Counted from the stretch's first letter, positions 13,081 through 27,286 are shown. The stretch: 64,000 bases of DNA from Eledone cirrhosa (GCA_964016885.1 OZ024756.1:18476001-18540000); one strand, 5' to 3'. Notes: generated by a model from the sequence alone, not told the origin. A program made the numbers and translations.

Positions 13081-13111
<31 letters not shown>

Positions 13112-13279
13112 CACGGTAGTTATGTTTTAATCTGTTGATCAAACAATAGAAGACAACGGATACGGCAAGCCCTCCCCCCGCCCCAACCCATATAACCATC
13201 CCCGTCGTTACTCCTTAACCCTCCGGCTTTCACCAACGACCACACCAACCTCCACCGCTCCTATATTTATATGATTAAA

Positions 13280-13296
13280 TATACATATATACATAC

Positions 13297-13340
<44 letters not shown>

Positions 13341-13352
13341 ACATACATACAT

Positions 13353-13437
<85 letters not shown>

Positions 13438-13468
13438 CATACACACATATATATATATATATATACAT

Positions 13469-13517
<49 letters not shown>

Positions 13518-13555
13518 CACACATATATGTATGTATACACATACCCCTGTATATA

Positions 13556-13597
<42 letters not shown>

Positions 13598-13635
13598 CAC
13601 ACATATATATGTATGTATACACACCCCTGTATACA

Positions 13636-13701
<66 letters not shown>

Positions 13702-13747
13702 CACACACACACATATATATGTATGTATACAAATACCCGTGTATATA

Positions 13748-13779
<32 letters not shown>

Positions 13780-13839
13780 GACAGACACACACACACACAC
13801 ACATATATATGTATGTATACACATACCCGTGTATATATA

Positions 13840-13890
<51 letters not shown>

Positions 13891-13903
13891 ATATATATAT
13901 ATA

Positions 13904-13974
<71 letters not shown>

Positions 13975-14052
13975 GTATATATAGACAGACACGCACACAC
14001 ATATATATGCATGTATACACACACCTGTCTTTATATATATATATGTACATAT
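13280..14052. repeat. (TA)n/(CA)n compound tandem repeat
   Basis: Direct reading. Confidence 0.95.
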
Positions 14053-14345
14053 AAGACATGATAACAATGCAGAAGAGTGGTGTGTCGTCGTGGGGTGGTA
14101 TAATGGCGGAGTGGAGTGTGTCGGGGTGGGATGTGGCGATGTGTGGCGGGGAAAGGTGTGCTGGAATGTTCTTTCATTTGCTGAAATCCTTTTGAGAATC
14201 TTAGGTATGAAAGTTAAGCAGATCCCAGCATTCCAAAAACGAAAGTGGAACTTATACGTATAGATAGATATACACAGACAGGCACACGCATACATAGACA
14301 CACATATACACGCACACATACATACACCCCCCCCCCCACACGCAC

Positions 14346-14398
<53 letters not shown>

Positions 14399-14557
14399 TA
14401 TATAATTTATTACAGCTGTGAAGCTATACTACCTGTGACTCGAGGAGCAGGAGTTTCGTGATTAACGCTCTATGCGTATACACATACACCTGCAATATAT
14501 ATATGTAAGTATGCACACGTACACACACACATATATATATATATACACACATACACG

Positions 14558-14591
<34 letters not shown>

Positions 14592-14592
14592 C

Positions 14593-14733
14593 GGGGTAAC
14601 AAATAATAGTTATATGCAGTCCACTTAGGTGTAGTCCAGTTATGGTATTCCGTGTAGTGGATGATATCAACGCTTGGCTTGGTTTGACTCAACAAGGCGT
14701 TTTCATAGTGATGTTGCGGGTATGCTGTAATTC
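14593..14733 (-). CDS. Candidate 141-nt exon (ITAYPQHHYENALLSQTKPSVDIIHYTEYHNWTTPKWTAYNYYLLP)
   Basis: Acceptor caacatAG, open frame, length divisible by 3, phase 1-1. Donor is weak (GTATAT). Confidence 0.25.
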
Positions 14734-14765
14734 CTATGTTGTAAACACTTGGAGTAATAATAAAT

Positions 14766-15124
14766 CAGGAAAGAAGATTGACATGGTTTGCTATACAAAA
14801 AAGGTTTTTAATCTCATTGCTGACAATTGTTTCTCTGAACTGGTAGGTCTAGAGATCGCTATTCGCTTGTTTTCACGTTACTCGATCGCCAATACAAAAT
14901 TATAACCAGTCAGTTCTTCGGAGCATGCGAGAATGAAGAGGATATACAGGCATGAAAGGAATATACAGGCTACTAGAACTGACTGGTTATAATTTTGTAT
15001 TGGCGATTGAGTAACGTGAAAACAAGCGAATAGCGATCTCTAGACCTACCAGTTCAGAGAAACAATTGTCAGCAATGAGATTAAAAACCTTTTTTGTATA
15101 GCAAACCATGTCAATCTTCTTTCC

Positions 15125-15126
<2 letters not shown>
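14766..15126. mobile_element. Fold-back element, arms about 152 bp (14766-14917 / 14975-15126), ending in (TA)n
   Basis: Near-perfect reverse complement. Contains GAAACAATTGTC-AGC, resembling an HHR 3' half. Confidence 0.85.
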
Positions 15127-15178
<52 letters not shown>

Positions 15179-15204
15179 GTATGGGTTATATCGAACACTA
15201 AAAA

Positions 15205-15355
15205 TGGTTTCTTATATAGGCACAAGGCCAGCAATTTTGGGAGAGGGGGGAAGTCGATTACATCGACTCAGTTCATGACTGGTACTTTATTTTATCGACC
15301 CCGTAGGGATAAAAGGCAAAGTTAGCCTCGGCGGGATTTGAACTCAGCTCATAAA
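15205..15355 (-). mobile_element. Family 1 SINE fragment
   Basis: Core motif match. Confidence 0.8.
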
Positions 15356-15409
15356 GGCTTGAGCTCTGCCGTCGGGGTCATACTTTTTCCTATATATATA
15401 TATATATAT

Positions 15410-15701
15410 AAGCAAAGGAATATTTAATTTGTTGGTAATTCAACAAATATATTTATAACAGATTCGAAGAACTCGACAAGTTTTCTGGAGTATAATATCA
15501 ATGATATTAATAAATGGCAACCATATTTATAAAACCATATTTATAAATAATAGAATAAATAATAGAATAAATATGGTTTTATAAATATGGTTGCCATTTA
15601 TTAATATCATTGATATTATACTCCAGAAAACTTGTCGAGTTCTTCGAATCTATTATAAATGTATTTGTTGAATTACCAACAAATTAAATATTTCTTTGCT
15701 T
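15410..15701. mobile_element. Fold-back element in (TA)n; same family as the tail at 59720-59850
   Basis: Arms 15410-15545 / 15567-15701. Shares AATAAATATGGTTTTATAAAT...AAAACTTGTCGAGT with the 59.7-kb element. Confidence 0.85.
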
Positions 15702-16926
15702 ATATATATATATTTATATATATATATATTTATATATATATATATTTATATATATATATATTTATATATATATATATAGAGAGAGAGTCTATGCAGAGAG
15801 AGAGTAGATAATTTATTTCCAAGACATGGCATTAATTTCATAAATGGAGTCGGATTAAATTCGTTTAGATGGACCCACATTTGTCACTGGTATGTATTTT
15901 CTTGCTAGAGTGATGAAAGTTAAAAATAACTTCTGGCAGAGGTGGTTTGGAAATTTTTTCCTTCTTATTTGTGACGTCATTTCACCGTATAATGATTTCT
16001 CGCAAAATTAGCAGGGTTTCGGTGGAGTGGTTTATAATAATTAATTAAATGGACTTCATTAGGCAAGTGCTACCTAATTACGCTAGTTAGTCCGAAGGAA
16101 TTAACTTCGATGTTTCATTCCGGTGTAATTTAAACACACAATGTAAAGGTCGAAAATAATTAATTTTATTTCTATTTTTATTTCTATTTCTATTTTTATT
16201 TCTATTTCTATTTTCGTTCCCGTTGTCAATTGTTAACGTTTGCTACTTTCTGGGCCCTCTTTCGGGGTCCTGAGATATGCATTCTTTGTCAGTTCATCCC
16301 ACGTCTCACAGGAGAAGCTGCAGGTCCATCGCTATTCTTTTCGGCCTTAGATGAAGACTGTAATATATATATTTTCGAACTGTCCCTTCGACATGAGGCC
16401 AGAATTGTCCCCTCTACATAAGACCCGAACACGACCCTGTACCTAAGATCCGAACACACCACTAAGGTTAGAACGCGTCCCTATATATAAGCTCCGAACA
16501 CGACCCTGTATTTAAGGCTCGAACACGCACATCCTTCTAAAGCCTCTCTACCCAAGGACCGAACACAACTCTCTAATTAGCCGTTTCGACGGCTAATTCC
16601 AGAATTAGCCGTCGAAACGGCTTGAGCTCAGCCGTCGGGGTCTTACTTGTTCCTATTGCCCACTCTACTACCCTGTATTGAGTACTTTGGTGCGTTATGG
16701 TCCACCTGGTTCCTTACCACATTTCCTTCGTTATATATATATATATATATAAAGAGAGATATATATATAAAGATATATATATAAAGATATATATATATAT
16801 ATATTATATATAGAGTTATAAACTCAAATAGTCTTTTACAATTAAATAGCTCAAAGAAAGGGATATTTCCGAGCCGTAAAATACAAATGAATATATGATA
16901 GGGATAAACACTAATACAAGTATATA

Positions 16927-17081
<155 letters not shown>

Positions 17082-17138
17082 GTGAGGTTTTTTTTTTACA
17101 AAATGAAAAATAACCGAGGTGTCCTACACGAGTGAAAG

Positions 17139-17391
17139 TATAAAGAAAAAGAGATGAAATCGAAAATGCAACTGGAGTCTTATTTTTTTTTTAATTTTTT
17201 TTTTTTTAAATATATATATTTAATTGGTTCCTTTACCGGTTTCGCAGTTCTTCTGCTTTTCAAAAGGTGAGTTGAGATGGAGAGTCTGTGGTTTTTCTCA
17301 CATCTGCGAAACCGGTAAAGGAACCAAATAAATATATATATTTAAAAAAAAAAATAAGACTCCAGTTGCATTTTCGATTTCATCTCTTTTT

Positions 17392-17397
<6 letters not shown>
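17139..17397. mobile_element. Fold-back element with HHR
   Basis: Arms about 17139-17247 / 17304-17397; (TA)n adjacent. Confidence 0.85.
17230..17267 (-). ncRNA. Minimal type I HHR, U3-A8 core variant
   Basis: CCTT-TTGAAAA-GCAG aagaa CTGC-GAA-ACCGGT-A-AAGG; palindromic stem III; GUA triplet. Confidence 0.8.
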
Positions 17398-17444
<47 letters not shown>

Positions 17445-17472
17445 ATCAAAAGATGGTTAAAGGAGTTCCATG

Positions 17473-17543
17473 TATTTTATTATGCGCATTTCAAAAACAA
17501 ACATCATCATGCAATAATATTTGTGTTTTCATCAGATAAAACA
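17473..17543 (-). ncRNA. Type I HHR (inverted copy)
   Basis: Reverse complement of 17650-17720. Confidence 0.85.
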
Positions 17544-17649
17544 GGAGAACATGATATGAAGGCTAAAAAACACTTGTGGATAGTGTAGTTTTAAATCAAC
17601 ATATCTGCACTATCCACAAGTGTTTTTTAGCCTTCATATCATGTTCTCC

Positions 17650-17720
17650 TGTTTTATCTGATGAAAACACAAATATTATTGCATGATGATGTTTGTTTTT
17701 GAAATGCGCATAATAAAATA
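17650..17720 (+). ncRNA. Type I HHR
   Basis: Stem I TGTTTTAT/ATAAAATA; CTGATGA; 16-bp stem II with one mismatch and loop GCAT; GAA; palindromic ATGCGCAT; AUA triplet. Confidence 0.85.
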
Positions 17721-17841
17721 CATGGAACTCCTTTAACCATCTTTTGATCTTATATTATGTATACTCCAGTCCTACAAACTGTAGAGTGCTTCTTATCCGA
17801 TATCTGCATTGCTTTATTGTACTACAATAAAACTCACCTCC

Positions 17842-17913
<72 letters not shown>

Positions 17914-18035
17914 AATGGAGTAAATGGTGGCGTGATCGTGGTTAGCACTTCATCCGGTTCGTGAAATGAAAGAGCTTTGTAGTATAAGATGTATGTCTTG
18001 ACATTAATGGGAAGCATAGAGTGAAGTTACAGTCT

Positions 18036-18096
<61 letters not shown>

Positions 18097-18174
18097 TACA
18101 CTTTCTACTTTTCCTTTTAGAGGTTTTTCACTCTCGAAGAAAAAGAACACAACCGTTACAAAACGTTGTCAATA

Positions 18175-18243
18175 AGGCTGATGATTTGGGGCCTGCCTAA
18201 AAAATATTCGAAAAAAAAGGCATCGAATGAAACATATGTACCT
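18175..18243 (+). ncRNA. Type I HHR with degraded stem II
   Basis: AGG-CTGATGA...GCCT/AGGC...GAA-ACATATGT-A-CCT. Confidence 0.6.
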
Positions 18244-18575
18244 AAAATGAGAGGATAGTTAGTGTAATAAATATTTGTATAGCACAACTCCACCCGCCCA
18301 CGGACAACTCCACCCGCCCACGGATTTAGTGCTTTCCCAACTTGGATATTCTGGAATATAAAAGAGACCTCCATTGACTGGGCCCCTAACTCCGATAAAG
18401 GACCAGTCAACCATCCAGGTATTATACTCAAGGAAGATTAGATGCTATAAACTTAATTATAAACTATCTTCCGGTTTCAAAACTACAATAAATCTGACCC
18501 CTCGCCTCCCAGAAATTGTTAGGCCCTCCAGCTTGGCCGCAGTTCAACGACTAAAACCACTGAAAGAATAACAAT

Positions 18576-18740
18576 ATCTATATGTATATATATATGTATA
18601 TATATATATGTATATATATATATATGTATATATATATATGTATATGTATATATATATGTACATATATATATATATGTATATATATATGTACATATATATA
18701 TATGTATATATATATGTACATATATATATATATGTATATA

Positions 18741-18788
<48 letters not shown>

Positions 18789-18835
18789 TACATATATATA
18801 TATACATATATATATATATGTATATATATATGTAC

Positions 18836-18872
<37 letters not shown>

Positions 18873-19538
18873 AATATGTATATATATGTACATATATATA
18901 TATATGTATATATATGTATATACATGTATGTATATACATATATGTTTGTATATATATATATATACATGTATGTATATACATATATATGTATATATATATA
19001 TATATGTATGTATATACATATATGTTTGTATATATATATATACATGTATGTATATACATATATATGTATGTATATACATGTATATACATATATATATGTA
19101 TGTATATACATGTATATACATGTATGTATATACATATATATATATGTATATACATGTATGTTAATCATATATATGTATATATATGTAATGTATGTATATA
19201 GATATATATGTATATATATATATATATGTATATATATATGTATATATATGTGTATATATATGTGTATATATATATATATGTATGTATATACATATATAAG
19301 GTAGATTAGAGTTGTATTAAACCCTAGTTATTTATACATTACCTCTCTCTCTCTCTTTCTTTATCTATATACACCCCCCACACCCAAACACCCCCACACA
19401 CATATATATAACATACACATACATATATATATATATTTATATTAATATAAATGTATATATACGCCAACACATACACGCACACGCACACACACGCACACAC
19501 ACGCACACACACGCACACACGCACACACGCACACACAC

Positions 19539-19570
<32 letters not shown>

Positions 19571-19581
19571 GCACGCACGCA

Positions 19582-19657
<76 letters not shown>
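18576..19657. repeat. (TA)n/(TATG)n then (CA)n microsatellites
   Basis: Direct reading. Confidence 0.95.
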
Positions 19658-19659
<2 letters not shown>

Positions 19660-20087
19660 GAAGAAGAAAAAAGTAAAAATCAAAAAGCAAGCACTGGTCT
19701 TTACCAAAATATCTGACTGATAAAAGAGACATGGGCCTATCAGATAAACTGTCGTAGAAATACGTCGAGTGATTTTGATGTAGTATGATAAATAATATAA
19801 TTGTTACGAAATAGTTTTACAGTGTGTGCCTACACACACCCACACCCACACACATACACGCCCACCCCCCAACACACACTTGTATGTTTCGTTGTTGTAT
19901 TACTATCGTAACATGCCTCTGGTCGCATTATACATGATATCACTATTCCTTACCTTTTTATGTTCACTCGGGGGGAGAAATTTATCAATTACTCACTCAT
20001 TGGGTGCTTTGGGACAGCCTCCAATAATTCAGTTGTTGTTCATCTGCTATTGTGCAGCTGCAAAGTCGATTATGCTCATTATATATT

Positions 20088-20653
20088 CTAGCAGAAAAAC
20101 CACCCTAATTGACGATATACACTGAAATTGAACGAAGACTGTGTTACACTGTCTTATGTAATCAGTAACGTAATCCATGATACATTAAAAAAAGACGATA
20201 TTATATATCTGCTAGCATGTGTAGTGTGTATATTGATATTATACGCAAGTATATATACATGTAGATATGATACATCAAATAACATCGTAATTGACAATAT
20301 ACACAGAAATTGAGCGAAGACTGTGTTACACTGTCTTATGTAATCAGTAACGTAATCTATGATACATTAAAAAAAGACGATATTATATATAAACGGCATT
20401 AGGAGAAAATTAGTGACGGAAATATATCAATGTTTATTTAAGCGATCGCTAACCGGAAGTGTTGACATTTGAAAATTTTAAAGAAGTGAATCTTAAAATA
20501 AACAACAGAATTATTTATATTTAATCAAGAATAACGAAATTTAGTAGATAAATTATGTAATATTCATTCATTATTTATTCAAAGTAATCCAACTTATTTT
20601 ACTAATGGGATACAAAATTATAAACCGTACGCAGTCCCGCGCTCCTTACTTTA

Positions 20654-20660
<7 letters not shown>
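20088..20660 (-). mobile_element. Non-autonomous Helitron, relative of 4312-4901, with an internal duplication
   Basis: CTAG end and long identity with 4312-4901. The segment around 20109-20208 is repeated at about 20289-20390. Confidence 0.75.
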
Positions 20661-20684
<24 letters not shown>

Positions 20685-20736
20685 TTATATTTATGAACTC
20701 TACAGCATAGTGAATAGTTGGATTCCCCTATTATAG

Positions 20737-20842
20737 GCTTTCTGATGAAGTGTAATAAATAATTAAGTATTGCATATGATTGAACAAATTCTAGTCAGCA
20801 TACGTAGACAATTACAATAGACACAGAAACACATGTCAAAGC
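20737..20842 (+). ncRNA. Type I HHR with a large loop 2
   Basis: GCTTT-CTGATGA-aGTGT...ACACa-GAA-AC acat GT-C-AAAGC, then AATAAA. The element lies between TA tracts. Confidence 0.75.
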
Positions 20843-20960
20843 AAATAAATTCCTAATCTCTTCACGCCGACGTTTTATTTTTCTTGGTGCAATACTTGCT
20901 TATATATATATTACTCTTTTACTCTTTTACCTGTTCCAACCATCCGGCTGAGGTCATGCT

Positions 20961-21009
<49 letters not shown>

Positions 21010-21076
21010 GTAACGAAGGAAGTGTGGTAAGGGACCAGGTGGGTTCAGAAACAGCCGTCAGGGTCCTGACTCTTTT

Positions 21077-21133
<57 letters not shown>

Positions 21134-21139
<6 letters not shown>

Positions 21140-21700
21140 ATACTTTGGGAGGGTCATGTTGCCAATAAGAAACACACGCACGAGTTACTTTCACTTCAAT
21201 TTATTATAATAAATTTATAAATTTAGGAATTTATAAATTTCCGGTTGGTTGGCTGGTTCCACAACCAGATGATTGTTTATATATTGTCAAAGTTCTTTCG
21301 TCACACATTCTGTGACCTCTTCAGTGACTGGGGATTCTTTTCTTTGTTTTTGTGCCTCTCCTTTGTTTTGTCCTACGCCATCTTGTTTTTGTGTGTGTCG
21401 ACGACAAAGGAGAGGCACAAAAAACAAAGAAAAGAAAAGAATCCCCAGTCACTGAAGAGGTCACAATGTGTGACGAAAGAACTTTGACAATATATAAACA
21501 ATCATCTGGTTGTGGAACCAACCAACCAACCGGAAATTTATAAATTCCTAAATTTATAAATTTATTATAATAAATTGAAGTGAAAGCAACTGGTGCGTGT
21601 GTTTCTTATTGGCAACATGACCCTCCCAAAGTATAACAATATCGGTTTCAACACACGTTTTCAGATAAAGAATCTTGCTAAACAAATTCAGAAACGAAAT
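21134..21700. mobile_element. Fold-back element, arms about 240 bp, in (TA)n
   Basis: Arms about 21134-21372 / 21404-21640, plus a short tail. Confidence 0.9.
21448..21488 (+). ncRNA. Minimal type I HHR (inverted copy at 21286-21328, minus strand)
   Basis: GTCA-CTGAAGA-g-GTCACA atg TGTGAC-GAA-AG aa CT-T-TGAC. Confidence 0.7.
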
Positions 21701-21796
21701 ATATATATATACATATATATATATGGCCACGTTACCGATGAGGAGTCAGTTTGTAAGTGCCCCCTCAAATATACATTGATGTTGGTAGTTGAAGAC

Positions 21797-22904
21797 TACA
21801 ACACCACCACACAACACCACCACAACACACCATCACACAACAACACCACCACACCACCACACCACCACACAATCACACAACCACCACACCACACAAACAC
21901 ACCACCACACCACCACACAACAACAGCACCACAGCACCACACCATCACACCAACACACCACCACACCACCACACCACCACACAACTACACCAACACACCA
22001 CCACACCACTATACAACTACACCAACACACCACCACACCACCACAGAACCACACCACACCACAACACCACCACACCACCACACCACAACACCAAACAACC
22101 ACACCACCACACCACCACACCACCACACAACTACACCACCACACCACCACACCACCACACAACACCACAACACCCACACTACCACACCACCACACAACAA
22201 CAGCACCACACCACCACACAACACACCATCACACAACAACACCACCACACCACCACACAATCACACAACCACCACACCACACAAACACACTACCACACCA
22301 CCACACAACAACAGCACCACACCACCACACCACCACACCACCACACAACTACACCACCACACCACTACACCACCACACCACCACAACACCACACAACCAC
22401 ACCACCACACAACAACAGCACCACACCACCACACCATCACACCACCACACCATCACACCACCACACCATCACACCACCACACCACCACACCACCACACCA
22501 CCACACAACCACACCACACCATCACACCACCACACCACCACACAACTACACCACCACAACACCACACAAACACACCACCACACAACAACAGCACCACACC
22601 ACCACACCATCACACCACCACACCAACACACCACCACAACACCACACAACCACACCACCACACCACACAAACACACCACCACACAACAACAGCACCACAC
22701 CACCACACCTTCCCACCACCACACCAACACACCACCACACCACCACACCACCACACAACGACACCACACCACAACACCACACAACCACACCACACAAACA
22801 CACCACCACACCACCACAAATATTCTTGCAAACGACACCAGCCATTTCTACTTTATTCGATGCAATGCAAAGAAGGAAATAACGACTTTTTTGATAGCAC
22901 TGCT

Positions 22905-22938
<34 letters not shown>

Positions 22939-23310
22939 TAGTGGTAGTAGTGGTAGTAGTACTGCTGTAGTAGTAGTAGTAGTGGTAGTGGTAGAAGTAG
23001 TAGTACTGCTGTAGTAGTAGTAGTTTGGTGGTAGTAGTAGTAGTAGTACTGCTGTAGTAGTAGTAATAGTGGTAGTGGTGGTAGTAGTAGTAGTACTGCT
23101 GTAGTGGTAGTAGTAATTGTTATTGTTGCTCTTGTAGTAGTTGTTGTTGCAGTTGTTATCGTTGTTGTTGTTGTTGTCGTCGTCGTCGTTGTTGTTGTTG
23201 TTATTAGTGTTGCTCTTGTTGTTGTTGTTGTTACTGTTGTTATTGTAGTTGTTGTTGTTACTGTTGTTGTAGTTGTTGTTGTTGTTACTGTTGTTGTTGC
23301 AGTTGTTCTA
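21797..23310. repeat. (CCACA/CCA)n, (GTA)n and (GTT)n simple repeats
   Basis: Direct reading. Confidence 0.95.
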
Positions 23311-23609
23311 CGTAAATAGTTAATTAGTTTCTTTGACATTTGACACCCTTTCATCTACAGCTGGCTTTACATTTAATGAGGAAGGGGGGGGGGTGAGGAG
23401 GAGAAGGAGATGAGGTGAGGAGAAGATGAGAAGGAGGTGAGGAGAAGGAGGAGGTGAGGAGAAGGAGGAGGTGATGAGAAGGAGATGAGGAGAAGGTGAG
23501 GAGAAGGAGGTGAGGAGAAGGAGGAGGTGAGGAGAAGAAGGAGATGAGAAGAAGAAGAAATGAAGTGGACAGAAGAAAGAAGACGGGGGGAAAGAAGAGA
23601 ATAATAATG

Positions 23610-24022
23610 ATTCCTAGTATAGGCACAAGGCCAGTAATTTGGGCGAGGGGAAGTCGATTAAATCGACCCCCAGTACGTTACTGGTACTTTATTTTATCGA
23701 CCTCGTAAGGATGAAAGGCAAAGCTAACCTCGGCGAGATTTCAACTCAGAACGCAAAGGGCCGTAACTCTATGCCACTAAGCATGCTGTCTAACGCTCTA
23801 CTGACTACTGCCAATCTACAATAATAATAATTGTTTCTACTTTTGGCACAAGGCCAGCAATTATCCCAGTGCATTACTGGTACTTTATTTTATCGACCCC
23901 GTAAGGATGAAAGGCGAAGTTAACCTCGGCGGGGATTTGAACTCAGACCGTAAAGGGCCGTAACTCTGTGCTGCAAAGCATGGCGTCCAACCCTCTACCG
24001 ATACTGCCAATCCACCGCCCTC
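23610..24022 (-). mobile_element. Two tandem family 1 SINEs
   Basis: Core motifs at about 23695 and 23893. Confidence 0.85.
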
Positions 24023-24269
24023 GAAGAAGAAATAAAGAGGACAGAAGAAAGGAGGAAGAGAAGGAGAAAAATAATAGAATTAGGGGTAGGCAGGCTAAAG
24101 GTACACGAGGCTGAGGTTAGGAAGGAGAGGGGGGGGGGTGTAGACTCTATAAGATCACCCCTCCACTTCCACACACACTCCAAATCCTTCCGCGAGGAAA
24201 TGAAAAGTAGAGGAACGTCATACCCCGGCGTAAATCGCTCCAGACATTTTACTGGTCCATTTACTGGTC

Positions 24270-25041
24270 GTATTGAAACTTATTGGAAAGTTGGTCATCT
24301 TCCATTTTTTAAAGAAATAATGAAACTTATTGGAAAGTTTGTCATCTTCGATCTTTTAAAGAAATATTGAATCTTATGGGAAAGTTGGTCATCTTCGATC
24401 TTTTAAAGAAATATTGAATCTTATGGGAAAGTTGCTCATCTTCGATCTTTTAAAGAAATATTGAATCTTATGGGAAAGTTGCTCATCTTTGATCTTTTAA
24501 AGAAATATTGAATCTTATGGGAAAGTTGCTCATCTTCGATCTTTTAAAGAAATATTGAATCTTATGGGAAAGTTGCTCATCTTCGATCTTTTAAAGAAAT
24601 ATTGAATCTTATGGGAAAGTTGCTCATCTTCGATCTTTTAAAGAAATATTGAATCTTATGGGAAAGTTGCTCATCTTCGATCTTTTAAAGAAATATTGAA
24701 TCTTATGGGAAAGTTGCTCATCTTCGATCTTTTAAAGAAATATTGAATCTTATGGGAAAGTTGCTCATCTTCGATCTTTTAAAGAAATATTGAATCTTAT
24801 GGGAAAGTTGCTCATCTTCGATCTTTTAAAGAAATATTGAATCTTATGGGAAAGTTGCTCATCTTCGATCTTTTAAAGAAATATTGAATCTTATGGGAAA
24901 ATTGCTCATCTTCGATCTTTTAAAGAAATATTGAATCTTATGGGAAAATTGCTCATCTTCGATCTTTTAAAGAAATATTGAATCTTATGGGAAAGTTGCT
25001 CATCTTCTATCTTTTAAAGAAATATTGAATCTTATGGGAAA
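24270..25041. repeat. 47-bp minisatellite, about 16 copies
   Basis: Unit GAAATATTGAATCTTATGGGAAAGTTGCTCATCTTCGATCTTTTAAA. Confidence 0.95.
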
Positions 25042-25337
25042 GATAAACATGAAAAAAAAAAAAGAAAAATGAAAGCGAAATGGAAAATTCGGGGAAATAA
25101 TTTTCAAATATTTTATGAGAAAGATGCAAGTGAATAATTTAATGGTATTAAAGAAGTTCCTAAAATAAATGGAAAGACGTAGATAGTGTAATGTGTGACT
25201 ACTTCAATATGTTCTCCTTGAGTTTATAGGAGAGTGTGTATGTATGTATATGTATGTATGTATATATATATATACACATATATATATATATGTGTGTGTA
25301 CGTATACATATACATACGAATATATTTATATGTAAGT

Positions 25338-25375
<38 letters not shown>

Positions 25376-25379
<4 letters not shown>

Positions 25380-25500
25380 TTGTAATAAAATGAAAACGAA
25401 ATTTCATTTCTCACTCTTAGTACGGCACTTACTTAAATGTAAGTATGTATGTATACGTACATACATATATGTATACAGACGTACAGTAGCATGCATATAC

Positions 25501-25531
<31 letters not shown>

Positions 25532-26072
25532 TACATACATACATACACATACATACAGGTACACATATATATATGTACGTATCAGTTTAGCGGACGCTTA
25601 TTATAACGCCCGCTTTGTTCGTTTGTAAACAAACTGAACAGCCTGAATTTATGCCGTACGGTGTTAAGGCAACCACGTCACCTTTTTGTTCAACACTGAC
25701 ACAGGAACGATGTACTAGTTTCAAGCTTGTTAGTTATCATCAGCACCGTATACCCTTCTGCCAGATGGTTGAACGTTCGAAAGTATATACTTTCCTTATG
25801 AAAATTAACGGCTGAGCAGCCTAATTTGCATATCGAGTGAGTTCAATCGGCCAGGCGTACCGAAAATGTGTCAGTGTTGAACAAAAAGGTGACGTGGTTG
25901 CCTTAACACCGTACGGCATAAATTCAGGCTGTTCAGTTTGTTTACAAACGAACAAAGCGGGCGTTATAATAAGCGTCCGCTAAACTGATACGTACATATA
26001 TATATGTGTACCTGTATGTATGTGTATGTATACGTCTGTATACATATATGTATGTACGTATACATACATACT

Positions 26073-26078
<6 letters not shown>
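25376..26078. mobile_element. Fold-back element in (TA)n; family also present at 36971-37411
   Basis: Arms about 25438-25702 / 25868-26077. The loop holds GAA-AGTATATACT-T-TCCT (HHR-like 3' half, core decayed). Confidence 0.8.
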
Positions 26079-26109
<31 letters not shown>

Positions 26110-26535
26110 ATTAGAAACACACAGATACATGCGGACACACACATATATACATGAATGCATCCGCACCCAACTGTGAGTTAAGGGTGCCAACTTCACCGAT
26201 GTTGCTCAATGAATGACTGGGACAGACCAATTCAGTTGAACTAGACTGAACCAGTATCAGAGTTAAAAATACATTATGAAGAGAGAAGAAACATTTAGAT
26301 ATAATTAGTAATAAAATGTATCATACCTAAACTGCTCCTAAATTCCTCGACTACGTAGTTTCGTGGCATAAACAAAAACAATATATCATACAACCTCCGT
26401 GGTATTTTCTTCGGGGTTATAAGAGGCTTAGCTCTGTTTCTCGACCGTTATATCGCGTGACTATCTCCCCCTCCGCCTTTTGGGATTCTTTCTCACGTCG
26501 TGTAGACGCGTTCTTGAGACTAGTAAAACGAGGTA

Positions 26536-26625
26536 TCCTCTTGATAAGTCGGCAGACCTCGCAGGGACTCTATATCTTTATGATATATTGTTTTTGTTTA
26601 TGCCACGAAACTACGTAGTCGAGGA
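26536..26625 (+). ncRNA. Type I HHR, U3-A8 variant
   Basis: TCCTC-TTGATAA-GTcGGCA...TGCCAC-GAA-ACTACGTAGT-C-GAGGA; GUC site at 26620. Confidence 0.85.
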
Positions 26626-27130
26626 ATTTAGGAGCAGTTTAGGTATGATACATTTTATTACTAATTATATCTAAATGTTTCTTCTCTCTTCATAATGTAT
26701 TTTTAACTCTGATACTGGTTCAGTCTAGTTCAACTGAATTGGTCTGTCCCAGTCATTCATTGAGCAACATCGGTGAAGTTGGCACCCTTAACTCACAGTT
26801 GGGTGCGGATGCATTCATGTATATATGTGTGTGTCCGCATGTATCTGTGTGTTTCTAATTATATTGTTAATAACTCCCTCTGGTCGAGCAATCTTTGAAG
26901 TGTGTGGACAGCTGGAAGGCTTCCATTACTCATACTTCTCGCCTTCTTCACCACCTCTTCTACGGCCTCGATATAAATACCCCCTCCGCCTCCGTGGTAT
27001 TTTCTTCGGGGTTATAAGAGGCTTAGCTCTGTTTCTCGACCGTTATATCGCGTGACTATCTCCCCCTCCGCCTTTTGGGATTCTTTCTCACGTCGTGTAG
27101 ACGCGTTCTTGAGACTAGTAAAACGAGGTA

Positions 27131-27220
27131 TCCTCTTGATAAGTCGGCAGACCTCGCAGGGACTCTATATCTTTATGATATATTGTTTTTGTTTATGCCA
27201 CGAAACTACGTAGTCGAGGA
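27131..27220 (+). ncRNA. Second identical HHR, 595 bp downstream
   Basis: Same sequence; GUC site at 27215. Confidence 0.85.
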
Positions 27221-27286
27221 ATTTAGGAGCAGTTTAGGTATGATACATTTTATTACTAATTATATCTAAATGTTTCTTCTCTCTTC

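Larger units (their letters stand above)
17441..17845. mobile_element. Fold-back element flanked by (TA)n on both sides, with a 3' extension
   Basis: Arms 17441-17585 / 17608-17752; unique tail to 17845 containing AATAAA. Confidence 0.9.

Noticed and set aside
19953-20057. Minus-strand exon-like segment with good splice signals (EQQLNYWRL)
   Set aside because: All three frames hit a stop before the donors.
24270-25041. 47-bp array (and the 43-bp array at 55711-57635) as CRISPR
   Set aside because: Head-to-tail units with no unique spacers, no cas genes, eukaryotic context.
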